Shown piece by piece: positions 51,793 through 64,000 of a stretch of DNA of 64,000 nt. This DNA comes from Bugula neritina. Taxonomy: Eukaryota > Animalia > Bryozoa. The stretch spans positions 20,381,700 to 20,445,699 of the forward strand of contig OZ037768.1 of assembly GCA_964035545.1 (NCBI GenBank). Reading direction: 5' to 3'. Under the pieces are notes generated by a model. The model did no database searches, was not told where the DNA came from, and worked only from the letters and a program-made list of their open reading frames with translations. Made by a program: the position numbers and the translations under genes. Each line of letters starts with the position of its first letter. Position 1 is the stretch's first letter.

Positions 51793-54027
51793 CATGGGGA
51801 CTGGCATCCATCTTCTTGACAAAGCATCCTTTAGGGTCAAGCTGTCATTGGCTCTTAAGTTGAAGATTTTTTCTGTAAGAAATGATGTCATTATATGTGT
51901 AAACATTTTATTAGCTGTTTTATCTGTATAAGTATTACAACTATTTCTATTTGCTAATCTTTGATGTTTTTAATTTTAGCAGCATTTGCTGGTTCAAATA
52001 AATATTTTCATAGCTTTATCACTCCGTCCTGTATTAACTTATTTTTAAAATATTTTCTTATGATTTTTATTCTATTTGAAATCCATGTTGTTTTTATTTT
52101 TCTTTTTGTAAATTCTTTATATTTGTGTTATGTGATCAGCCAATTATATTGAAATGTAATCAACTAGTTGTCTACGCAAATACTGTGATGGTCTACGCTC
52201 TATGGTCTACGCTAGGCTGTCAAACTATCTTTATTTTTTCAAAATTTTTTGTTTTTAAACAATTTCAAAATATCATCTTCTATAAGAAGTTTTTTGTATG
52301 TGATTAGGTACATATGCTCAGATTTTTCTCACTACTTATGTCTTAAAAATTTAAATTGTTTGTTTAGGTTGTTTTTCAAATATTAATTGTAATTTTAAAC
52401 TTTTACATTCTTAAATCAAATACACTGTGTGTGAAAACTCTATGTTAAAAGCTTAGTTCTAATGCTGCGAACAATTTATTTCACAATTTAAAATTTGTAA
52501 AAACTATTTCAATGCCTGGATTACCTTGCATAACAAGGTCTCTAAAACACAGTTGTCTTATACATTTTATAGCATTGCAAATAGAATTGACATATTTTAA
52601 TGAAGACCCAAAATCGGAATACAAATGCAGTTTATTAAGACTATTGTTGTCCCAGTCATTTCTTGCAGTGCAATAATAAGCAATATACATACATTATGCA
52701 TTCAATAATAAATAATTTGGTATACCATGACTTTTGTATGTGCCCATGTGCAAGTTGTTTATTTCATTACACAAGTATACTATATTATAATCAAGTGACA
52801 CTGCAAATAAAGATAATTGCACAACAGTTAATGAAATTTTAGTATGACAAGCAATCAGTAAATCGGGCCTGAATCTGTAGATGGACACACCGAGGCTCAC
52901 TATCGGTTTAATATTTGTTATATATTCAATCATCAGTTTAGCTCATATTATATACATAAATTTGCCATTTGGACAAAAGAAGCTAAATGCAATATAAATA
53001 TCATCATATGCACAAAAAGACTGCTTCAAAAATTTCTATAATGTAATATGACCAGCTTATATACAATGCACTGCTCATACATCATCCTATTGCCAGCAAT
53101 AGAGTTTTCTTCTCTTGTATATTTTCCTTCTATGCGTTTGTATAGCAAGGGATTTACACGCCTTTGATTGGGTAACTGAGAACAGTAGGCGGTGCTAAAA
53201 GAAATGCAGCCAATTATAGGACTGAGCGGCCTTTTATTGTGAGGCACATGCAGCATGCTACCAAGTTTATTTTACAATATACATCAAATTAATCTTATTA
53301 GCTGCAGAGCCTGTGCTATGCCTATGGTGAACAAGGTATGGGTAAAGTATTGTAATTATTTATATAAATTAATGTTTATTTCACGAAATTGCTATTTCAA
53401 CAATATAAAAGTAGGTGATTCGTATTGCTCATAAAATGTTTAACAGCTCTGTAACGAGTTGCTCCGTTTTTACACCTTATCAACTTCAAGTGTGAGGACG
53501 AGGTAGTGCCATAGTTAGACTGACTCTAAGAGTAAGACTCAATACTGGTATTAATAATTAAATTTACTTTCAGTTGTCAGAGTTTTAACATTTCATTCTC
53601 ATTGTGTGGATACGTTCGTACTTGGCAGCTGTAACCGAATTATCATTTAGTAGTTCTAGTCAATTATTAGTATTTAAGTTACAAAAAGGCCATGCTCATG
53701 CTGGCCGTTACACATGTAATTAAAGGCATTACATGATTACATCTTCTTCAAGTTTATTATCACTATGTATGTATGCTTATGATCATGGATTTGAAATTGA
53801 ATATTATTAAGTTCAACATATTAATATTTACAAGTACTCAATTACTATTAGTATTAGTAATATTATTAGTCACTAGAGTTAATAGTTATAATAATAGGTA
53901 AAATTAGAATTGTTAGATTTAAATTTAAATACATATTTATATTAATATAAATGTAATAATACTTACATGAGTAATTGATATGATAATAATAATTTGCGTA
54001 ATATTTCACACAGATTCAGCTCATATC

Positions 54028-57000
54028 ATGGATAATATTCCACTAGCAGCATCAAAGAAAAGACAGGAACATCAAGCAGTAAATAATGCTTGGAGCTGTT
54101 TGGAACCATCTGCTTGTACAGAGTGTAGCCCTGTCAAAGCCACTGACTGCAGGTAAACTGTTCGAATAATCTGATATTCACAGCTAATACAGACAGTGTA
54201 TTAGTCTAGCCTCTTTTCTTACTTTGATGATAATCTAAGAGTGGTTATTATGATTTATGTCAAATTTTTTCGTCACTATAATTTTGTCTGACGAAATTGT
54301 TGTAAAGCAGTATGAAAAGAGAAGGAAATGCAGGTCTTCAGGTTTAGTTAGATTATATTACCTACATAATGAGGATAAATATAATATACTAGTTTAAAAG
54401 TAGCAGTGAAGTAAGTGGTAATAGGAGCTGCAAAAAAGATATCCATTTTAGAAGAAAATGGCCTGTAATTTTCAAAATCGGAATGACCTGTCCAACCCCC
54501 AATATATTCTTGATTTGCTCAATATAATCTGAGGCTAAGATGACTCAGAGTAATACTATACGCCATAGCCTGTGTTCTATAGTGTATCATACTCATTATA
54601 CTAATGTTTCTCCTGCCAGAAATCTGAAAATTGCCTTTAGTCTGAGAAGTGACTTGAATTTGGTCTGCTGATCCCCTCGTTTATTCATATCAACACCAGT
54701 ATTTTCATTTTCAACTTTTCTAACATCTAAATACTCTATGCTCCGGGCCTACATCAGAATAAAAGGCCCAATAAATCACTCCTTTCAAGTTGATGTTAAC
54801 ATTATACAAATGCAATTATTGTTATGAACATTGATCACAAAGGCCATCTCTAGGCCTTCACATTTACCTAAACACAATAAAGAGAAAGTTAAAGGAGATA
54901 TGGGGCAATTTATTAGGTTTCGTAGTTTCTTAGAGGTATTCTTGTTGATTTCAGTTATTTACTAGTTCCAGTGTAGCTAAGTATATAGCAAATATAGAAA
55001 GCATGACTCAATACTGTAATTCTATTAATTGACATTGATTCTAGCAGAGCTTTATATCTTCTCTCAGATGAACCAATTCTAACTCTTCCAGCACCAACTT
55101 GAAGTTGCAACAGACAACAGGTTTTGGCAATGTTGAACATAAAATATGTAACCGAGTATATATTATATATCATAGCATTAAATAACTGTATGAATACAAT
55201 ATTATATTTAAGTCTTGTAAAAAATATGTGGATATAATATAAACACTTATATAAATATGTAAATATAATACCCTATCCACCAATAATAGAACTTGCAGCT
55301 TCAGAAATTTATAATATAAAGTTTCATCATAATATCTCAAATATTTTGCATCTGTGTATGTAAAGTAGAGTAGCAAAAAGTGTTGTAATAACTTATTAGA
55401 TCAAATCGGAGATTAGCACGAGAGTTTAGAAATAATCAATGCTAACTTTGTGTCATAGTCTAGCCTGGAGGCAGGTCGACCATAATATCACCAGACAGTA
55501 TAAATACTTATACATGTTTCCAATTCTTGTTATATGATTCCTACATACAGATTATTAAACTGCTACAATAAGCTTTTCAGTCCAACATCAGTGACTGAAC
55601 TCTCCCTGGAAAATAACTTTGACATTAATAAGCAGGTGCTTTATTCTGCAAACTCTGCCATAGTCGGTACTCAAATTTTCAGAGAGCTTTACATGCAGTG
55701 TAATGTGCTCCTTCTACAAAATGTTATGTGTGTTTAAATTATAGAATCTGGGTGTTATATATATTTTATCTAAATGTTATCTATTTTTATATTTTATCTA
55801 AATGTTATCTGCTTTTATATATTATCTATATTTAAATATTTGTTTACCTCACAATTTTAGCCATAGTTGAGGTTATCTCTAATGAATGGCAGTGGTTTGG
55901 CTGTAGCCACATCCTCCCCTACACACAGCAGGGGGTGTTTCCTTCCATGTGCTATTATATTATGAAGCATTCATCCAGTAACACTCTACCAGACTGCAGT
56001 GAATAATGTTGCTGGGAAGCTGGTAATTAACTGTATATAAACAGTTTATACTCTCCTATCAACAGGCACTGGTTTTAAGGACCCACGAAACAGTCACTAA
56101 TAGCCTCCGCTCAAAATATTCCCCCTTTGGATTCATATATTCTGCCAATCTCGCAGACCCAAGTCATTGAACCACAGTCTATGGTCTTGAAGACAAGTGT
56201 TGAAGATTTTGTATAATATATTTATGATTCTAACTTATACGTAGTTAATACTCAACTCATATGCAGCTAGCGATGGTTGTGTAGTACCAGGCGGTGATTA
56301 ACTAGCTGTGAGTAGGTGTTTCCAGAGTCAGCACTGCTCTCCGCTGTCAGCACAGCAGCAGCGTTATTTTCGTCTTGAGCTTTTATTCACGGCAATTTCA
56401 AGTCATGCAATGAAACTTGTTTTGTCTATTAAATTGCTAGTTGTTACACAAGCGACCACTTGACTCCATAATTTTCTGACAAATCTGTAAATATTTCTAT
56501 ATTTTATTTATTTGTCGTAATTAACTGATTGTCTCGTTGGTGTCAAGCATAAATTATTTAATTCTAAGGCATATGGTTAGCTGACAAATTATGCAAACAC
56601 AGTAATGGAGATTTGGTGTTGAGTGAATATAACTAACAATAAAATCTCCCACTGTTCACGTTGAGGCAGATGGTTCAAGTTTAATTTTTTTGTTTGTTCT
56701 TTGTATACAACAATTATTAGTTGGCAGTTGAATGTTAAAGTAGCACAGAGATTTGAAATTATTGTCAATAACCGTGACTGTTGATTATATTCACCTTATT
56801 GAAGACTACAGGCAGCTGTAAATGCTGACTTGTCATCAAATGGTTACTAATCTTTACATACACACTGCCGAGTGCTTGGTTATACTCCACTTGGTAAACA
56901 ATACATGCAGGAGTCACGTGTTAGTCTGTGGTGAAGGTGTAATAAAATGTAGGGAAAGTTAACCACATGCAGAGTAAAGAATATTGGTTTAAATTTAGTC

Positions 57001-60000
57001 CAGGGCTACTGACCTATGGGGTTATATGCCCTGGTAGCCTAATTAATAACTATTGGGGACAGTATTTAAAAGTCCTAACTTTATACTAAGCAGTACAGGT
57101 TTCCTAACTTCTTTCAGTTCAAGCATTTCCCTATCTTACTAAACTACCTGGTGTATAGGTTTAAGGATTTCCAATTTGTATTGGCAAAGGAGTGCTGGTT
57201 TTATTGAATGCAATAAAGTCTATATCTGCGTTCATTTCTGCATTTCTGTTCACCTATTGCTTTGTGTTCACCTACTGCATACAGCAGTAAACCATATAAA
57301 TTCATATGTGCAACTTTATTCTACTCATATATAACATCCTTCCTTCTACTTGTATTATATATACGTTATATTCTTCACATGCATGTAATGTTCATATTTC
57401 AGAGGCACATCCATGAACTGTAACGGCTCCTTAGAATCTCACAGAACATTTCAAAACTCTGCAGTCACCATGACCAAGTTGTGTTCAGATTTTCAGAGAC
57501 AGTGTGGCTCTACTTCTGATAATGATAGTGGCTGTGCGTTAGAAGAGTTTGCCTGGGTTCCACCTGGGGTTCGCATTGAACAGGTAAGCTATACTTACCC
57601 ACTACTTTACTAGACTGGTAATGCCAGAGAGTAGGAATTTCTTGTTTGGTTTCGGGTGTGGTTTTAGCCCTTCCCATAGTGGTTCATTTGTTTCCTCAAT
57701 CCCCAAGGCTACATCTAGGTCTACTTTACCTCTATAGGTCTACATTCTACAATGAATACTGGTCGCAAAGCTATATGGATATTCGCATATTGAGGCATCA
57801 CATGCTATAATGCCGTCTTATGCTATAAATAGAGGTGTAATGTATGCTATTTCTCACTCATAATTGCTAAAAGTAAAATAATCTACAAAAGTCAGGTTAA
57901 CTAACCTGCAAGCTTATATGCTTGCATTGCTGTAAGCCTCACATAATTTAAGCCCTTGAAACCTTTGCCATGAATGGCTAAGCCTTTCCCAATTACCCAA
58001 TCACTTATCTACTGAGTTGGAGAGTCCTTCACAGCACTCCATTAAATAACTTCCTATGTAGTTTGTACTCAGCTTATTGCTTCTCATTAATTGACCTCTT
58101 CCAGTGATGTGCACACAACAAATAGGGTAATATTTGTTTTACCTCTAAATTGTTTTTGATTTTATTTAAATATTTTTTGTAACGTAAAAACTGTTTTTTT
58201 AGATTTGAATAAACTTTATTTAATTGTTGCTAAGGAGCTTCAATTTTACACCTTTTTCATCCAAGTTTACGGTATATGCTAGCTGTCTCTTTTATAAAAG
58301 GCAAAATAAGGAACTTTCGATAAACTGAGCCACACTTCTACTGTTGCTAGGCTCACTGAAGAGCTAATTTAGTAATTATATGCAGTGACTTGCCAAGCCA
58401 GGTGTATGTTATTGTGTTCTGGCAGCTCGGCTACTGGTCCTCCTACCATTCACTGTTACATAATAAGGGGCTAATTGTTAGTCAGCCACTGGCACCAGTG
58501 TGAGTGTGGTTAAATATACAGCTACATGCTGAATAGCCCGATTATATAACAATCTATAGACAAACAGCTCCTACAATGCACCACACTGCACTAAGAGAAA
58601 CTGGTATTGCTTGGCACTGCACTGAGGGGGGAATTTGAGACGAAGTTATGCACTTGTATAAAATTTGGTATAGTCGAGTTTGATTTACAATGTTTACACA
58701 CTGTTACTATATTGATACAAAAATATTCTGTTACTAATATTTTCTTCGTCATAAATATGCGTGGAGTGGTAGTGCGGGTGTCACGTGACTTTGCAATGTT
58801 TGTATAGTTGATGATTATTTACACCTGTTGCGTGTTTGTGGTTGTGCAGTAACCATAGAAATAGATTATTAGGCCATATTGACACTTGCTGGTTATAACT
58901 GTAGGAGGTGTAAGAAGTGGTAGTAGTACTAGCAGCACCAGTAGTAGCAGTGATAGCAAATGGTTTAGTCAAAACTATTAGTTGTGGCCATTGCAGTATT
59001 AGTTGCAGTGATAGTGATGGTTACAGTAATAGCTACAATTATAGTGATAATAGCAGTGATAGTTACAGTGATAGTAGTGATATTAAAGCGGTAGTAAGGG
59101 CTGCAGAGATAGTTGTAGTGGTAGTAGATTACTATAGTCTGGTGATTGCACTGGATGCCCAGGTAAAAGATTGAATTAAGACTGACTCTTATATAATGCA
59201 TGTACCATGGTAACGCTAGAGTTTGGCATACTGCTATTCATCCTGTAAAGGGGTCTGTTATTGACTAATTAGCCAAGGTTTTGTCTCCTAATTAACACCA
59301 ATATTAACTATCAAAGATCAATGGGAGACACTGTTACAGATTTATATTAGATGCACATTTTCTCTGATCCTCACCCCTCTATGCACTTACACTGTGTTCA
59401 CTCACTCGCAATGATATATTGTTTATTATCTCCCTTGCTAGTCATCGGCTGCACCTAAACCCAGCTCTCCCTCACGCTCCTTCGCAATAATACAATGACT
59501 TATTGCCTGAATATACAACATATTCACTCATAATTTGATCAGTCAACACACAACAAATGTATTACATTCAACTGTTGCTTCCACAAATGTTTATCACCAA
59601 ATTTACTCCTTTATAAGAATTGATCATGGGATTTTACTCCAGTGGCCATTGTCATTGGTGTTTGATGTTCACGGTGAACAAACAGCTCAGCGTCAGTTTT
59701 CGTTTGTATAAGAAAGTCATTTATTAATGCCGATTACAGTTGAAATGGTAATGCAACTGTGTACATTGATGTGCACACTTTTCATTCACTACTAGCAAGT
59801 AAAGTCCACTGCAATATATAAGTGATGTTCGAAATGTTGCTCATCTAGTAATACCAGCTTTGAGTCTGGAACTACACCTATAGTACACTGGTGTAGTAAT
59901 AAAACCCATGAATGAATACTCTAAAGTCTGAACATACTATAAATGCTATAAATAGCCTACATTGCTGCTCTAATTCAGACATTTCAGTGTTTTCAATTTC

Positions 60001-63000
60001 TTCAGTCATATTTATGAGCTTGTAAACAATGATGTACACATGGGAATCTATAGGAGCCGTGTGACTGAGTATGTAGTGTATATTGGATCTCAATACAGTC
60101 TTTGTTTTACAATATTTCTATTCCCAACATTTATTCATGTACTAGCAGCACCAATTCAATGCCTACTTGTGATTTTGTGCTATTTTGGAAGTTTTCAAGT
60201 GGCTTTGTTGTTTGTGAGGAAGGTTGGCCATTTTGAAACCACTGGGCTAAATTTATCAAAGTTTTACATGGCTCAAGTTTATCTAGCTGTGTCCAGTTGA
60301 CCAAACAAATAAACACATTAAATTGACTTATGCACACAAATAGATAGTATAATATTATAATATTATATGACCATGTGGGTCACACAACATAGATACTAAT
60401 CTCTCAACTTTCAGCCAACTTATTATTATTACATAATAGAACCTAAAATATAATAATAGATTCCAGTATAATAATATTTAACATCTTTCTTATATTTCAA
60501 TCTCTTATGAAAGACACCCCTTATTTCTAAAACCAGCCAACCTGTAGACACCTGTCAGCTATATTGTGGAAGCCATAGAGACAGAGCACTGACTCTGGTT
60601 ACTCAGCCAACCTGTAGACACCTGTCAGTTACAGTGTGGAAGCCATAGAGACAGAGCACTGACTCTGGTTACTCAGCCAACCTGTAGACACCTGTCAGCT
60701 ATATTGTGGAAGCCATAGAGAGAGAGCACTGACTCTGGTCACTCAAGTTTGTTGACTCCACATCTGGTCTGAGAAATAGATATCCCTTTCATCTTCTCGA
60801 ATGACCTGTCACGTTCCATTAAAGCCTGATTGCTTGGACATGCTATCTTCTTTACAGTATGCCACAACTAATCCCTAAATGAGCCCTTAAATTATCTTGA
60901 CTACCCAGTGTCTGGTTACCCTGTATAACATCCTTACCAAATATGCATCGGAAAACAGGAGATTTTGTCTTGACAAGCTAAAGCAATATGGCTACTGTAC
61001 AGTTACTTTAGTTGTGATGTGTTGAAAGCATCTGTCACTTGCATAAAGTTACCCATCAAACTCAATACAGCTGCTGTTTTCCCAGACATACCCTGTCTTT
61101 CCAGACAGCAGTAGAATGTTCCAAGTTCAGTCTAGAACTAATTTTAGCACCTCTCAGATGTCTAGTCTCCAATCTAATGTGCTAAATTGTGTTGTTAAAC
61201 TGATTTGTCTCTACACTCCTACTTGTCTTTGTTTGTCGGTATTGCTGCTACTTATTACACAATCATCTCTCTTGTCAACAGATCTGGGAGGATACCAATT
61301 ATCAACATCCCATTAGATTAACAAATACCTTATTCCAACTATAAATACCAAAAGGGGAGATTTTATCTGCAGGTACAACAAACTAAAACAAAGTGGCTAC
61401 CAATCAGACCTGCAGACCCTTCTAGGCCCAAAGTCTTGTTCCTGTAATCCAATCAAAAAAGCCCATTGAGTAAATGGCTGGGAAACTAATTTCCTTGCTA
61501 TTTTAGTATTGTATTCAGCAATAAACTAATTTATAATTAGTATTGCAATTATCTCATAGCTAGCAAGTGTTTGGTAGATAATTTGACTGTAAAGTGTATT
61601 TCTTGTAGGTCTACCAGTATTTCAGCCATTTACCAGACGACCTAGTTCCATTCATCGGGTCTGTCGGTGAGCAGCGACGGCAGCAGCAGTTGGCCTGGCA
61701 GCTGCCACTACAAGACACAGACGTGGAGCATTGTCAGCAACTTGCTGAGGATGAGCTGCACGAACACACCAACTTCAACGAGCAGCTGAAGAAGGAGGCA
61801 CTGGGACAGGGTTCTATCCGACAAATCCCTTTGACGCTTGACACCGTGAACTGTACAAAAGTAAGTAAATCTGACCTTTGACACAGTAAAATATAGAAAA
61901 GTAAGTCATTTTGACATGGAGAACTGTGCAAAGGTCAGTATCTCTGGTACAGTGAGCAGTATGAATGGTAAATGAAGTTCAATGTTAATAGCAAGGTAAT
62001 CATGATTTTATAAATCAAAAGTTTTCTTCCTGTTATGGTAAAAAAACTGCATTAGCAGCTTCGTATTCTAGTTTTGACACTGTTTGGTTTCCAGATCTTT
62101 CTAATTACAAGATCGTTTTTCACAGTATATACATGGAAGAGCATTAAATAGAAACATTTTCTGTGTTCTGCAAAGGGAAAGCCCAATCTAAACAATAGCA
62201 GCTTCTCTAGAAGTGTTATTTGGCTAATTTATTTCTTTGCTTTCTGGAGCCATCAAATTAGTCCAGGCTTTCTAGTAGCTTGCCTTTCCATTAAAACTTT
62301 GACCAAGTGTACTACAACCTGCGAAAATGTGCGAAATGTGTTCAGAAAGCTGTAAATGTGAATCTAAATTTTAATACCAAGCGCCAACTACCTGATAATG
62401 GTTTTGTTTCTTATTCTGTCTGTAGTGTGAAGGACCGATAGAGCCTGGAGATGTGGCTCTATTCGCCGCCAGGGCCGGATCTAACTGCCAGTGGCACCCC
62501 CAGTGTTTCGTCTGTGAGGAGTGCGAAGAGTTGCTGGTGAACCTGATTTACTTTTATAAAGATGAAAAGATTTATTGCGGTAGACATTACGCAGAAAAAC
62601 AGAAGCCGAGGTGTAATTTTTGTGACGAGGTAAGAGTTGGACTAATTTTTAAAACGAGTACCAAGTATGATTTGAAACTTATTCATGCTGCTAGGGTTTA
62701 GTAAAGTGAGTGTGACTTAGCAAATAGGGGCTCTAATGCAGATAGCAAATGATGAAAAGGCTATTCCACTTTATTAAACTTGAACCCAGTTTGTTTGTTT
62801 AGTGTGTGCCCATATAAGAAGATCAGGGTCTACGACATTATTGGTACTTTGTTTTACTACTATTGTCTAAATCACGCCCAGGGTGTTAAGACAATGACCA
62901 AGTTACGTCAGCAACAACAAGCATTAAAGCTGACAATTTCAGCAAGTTATCAAGTTTGATCTGTACTACAAATGACGTCATTTAAATGGGTTGCGTTCCC

Positions 63001-64000
63001 TTTTAACTTACAAATATGTAGATAGTTAAAGTATACAGCTGTGTTGCTACATTGTCCAACTTTGGCAAGATTTAAACAACTGTTGTGTCCATACAAAAGT
63101 TTTGAAGATTTTGTGTTGAAACAGTTATCTCGCTAAGACTGTTAATTATATTTGGTAAAGTTTTCCAATGTGATATCAACAGTAGTAATTGTAGATTTAC
63201 TTCTGCTTATATCTGTTAGAATATCTGTATATAAACGCTGTTGGAATTTTATTTCCTACTTTTCAGCTGATTTTCGCGGAGGAATGCACAGAAGCTGAAG
63301 GTTCTTGTTGGCACATCAAACATTTCGCGTGTTTCGAGTGCAAGAGACAACTGGGAGGCTCACGGTATGTAATGAGAGACCGGGTGCCATATTGCTGCGA
63401 GTGCTTTGACCGAAGACTGGCGGAGTATTGCGCCGCTTGTGGTAAGCCTATAAGAGTAGACGAGGGGCAGATGAGTTACGGCACACAGTTCTGGCACGCC
63501 TCAGACACCTGTTTTCGTTGCAGCACTTGTGACAGGGTGTTACTCGGCCATCACTTTCTCTCCACTAACAGTAGTTTATATTGCTCAATAGAATGTAGTC
63601 GAGGGATCACCACGCATAGTGACAGTCACAGTATACATCAGAGTCCTGTTAGTCACAGTACGGAACTCTCACCAATTCAGGAGCGCTTGCAGTGCTCAGA
63701 TGATCCTTGGATCTTCAGAAGGTCATCTGAGGAAAGGTTTGGAGGCGGTGTTTTGCCTCCCCCAATTCGACGATCCTTGCCAGACCTGAACACAGAAGAT
63801 GAGCTGACTGATGTTGACCGAAGACCACCACCTCTGCCCCCCAAAACGAGAGTAAAATCAGAACACAACTTAGTTCCTGCTCGTCTCATGGAAGAGAATA
63901 GACTGTTTCATGCCTCAAAACAAAAGTGCGTTAAGTGGACCGAAAAAGATGTCAAGGAATGGTCCATCAGCCCAATAAGAAGTGACCTCCCTCAGCCTCA
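54028..64000 (+). CDS. pk: Prickle planar-cell-polarity protein (PET + three LIM domains), 5' part; continues beyond the window
   Basis: Exons 54028-54152 (less certain), 57403-57583, 61609-61860, 62426-62629, 63267->64000, all phase-compatible. Peptides [39 protein letters not shown]...QLPLQD (PET), [22 protein letters not shown]...[48 protein letters not shown]...WHA...CF.C. The long open tail after LIM3 favours prickle over testin. Confidence 0.93.
60534..60745. repeat. 70-bp tandem repeat x3
   Basis: Unit cagccaacctgtagacacctgtcag...gcactgactctggttact begins at 60534, 60604 and 60674; in a prickle intron. Confidence 0.97.

Noticed and set aside
52481-53256. Three consecutive minus-strand ORFs of 69-79 aa
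   Set aside because: No recognisable motifs and no convincing phase-compatible splice chain; lengths are compatible with chance.
61281-61372. AG/GT-bounded 92-nt segment in a prickle intron (possible cassette or poison exon)
   Set aside because: Contains an in-frame TAA and shifts frame. Splice-like dinucleotides alone are insufficient evidence.
54028-64000. Alternative assignment as testin/LMCD1
   Set aside because: [18 protein letters not shown] and GQM motifs plus a long post-LIM tail are prickle features; testin ends shortly after LIM3.

Overview
AT-rich, intron-containing animal genomic DNA, most likely from a lophotrochozoan-type invertebrate (inference; species not determinable here). 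It is not prokaryotic, and most entries in the ORF track are intron-bounded fragments or noise. Manual GT-AG exon chaining with phase checking gives seven genes: (1) first coding exon of p70 S6 kinase (minus, runs off the left edge); (2) complete 9-exon WD40-SOCS-box gene WSB (plus, 417 aa); (3) intronless plasmanylethanolamine desaturase PEDS1/TMEM189 (minus, 327 aa); (4) complete 16-exon crossveinless-2/BMPER (minus, 645 aa, no TIL domain); (5) Elovl2/5-type fatty-acid elongase with one coding intron (plus, 292 aa), head-to-head with BMPER; (6) an unnamed 8-exon, 275-aa gene whose C-terminal ~120 aa match the dynein heavy-chain stalk-tip microtubule-binding domain but which has no motor domain; (7) the 5' part of prickle (PET + 3 LIM, runs off the right edge). 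Also present are two copies of a tRNA-derived SINE with target-site duplications, a MULE-like MITE with a telomere-like core, and many mini- and microsatellites. The most unusual signals are the stand-alone dynein-MTBD-like gene, degenerate 6-nt-periodic tracts plus a shared TCAACTTCAAGTG word at inferred gene 5' ends, and tandem duplications that copy real splice sites. All gene models were built by eye and no database searches were run.
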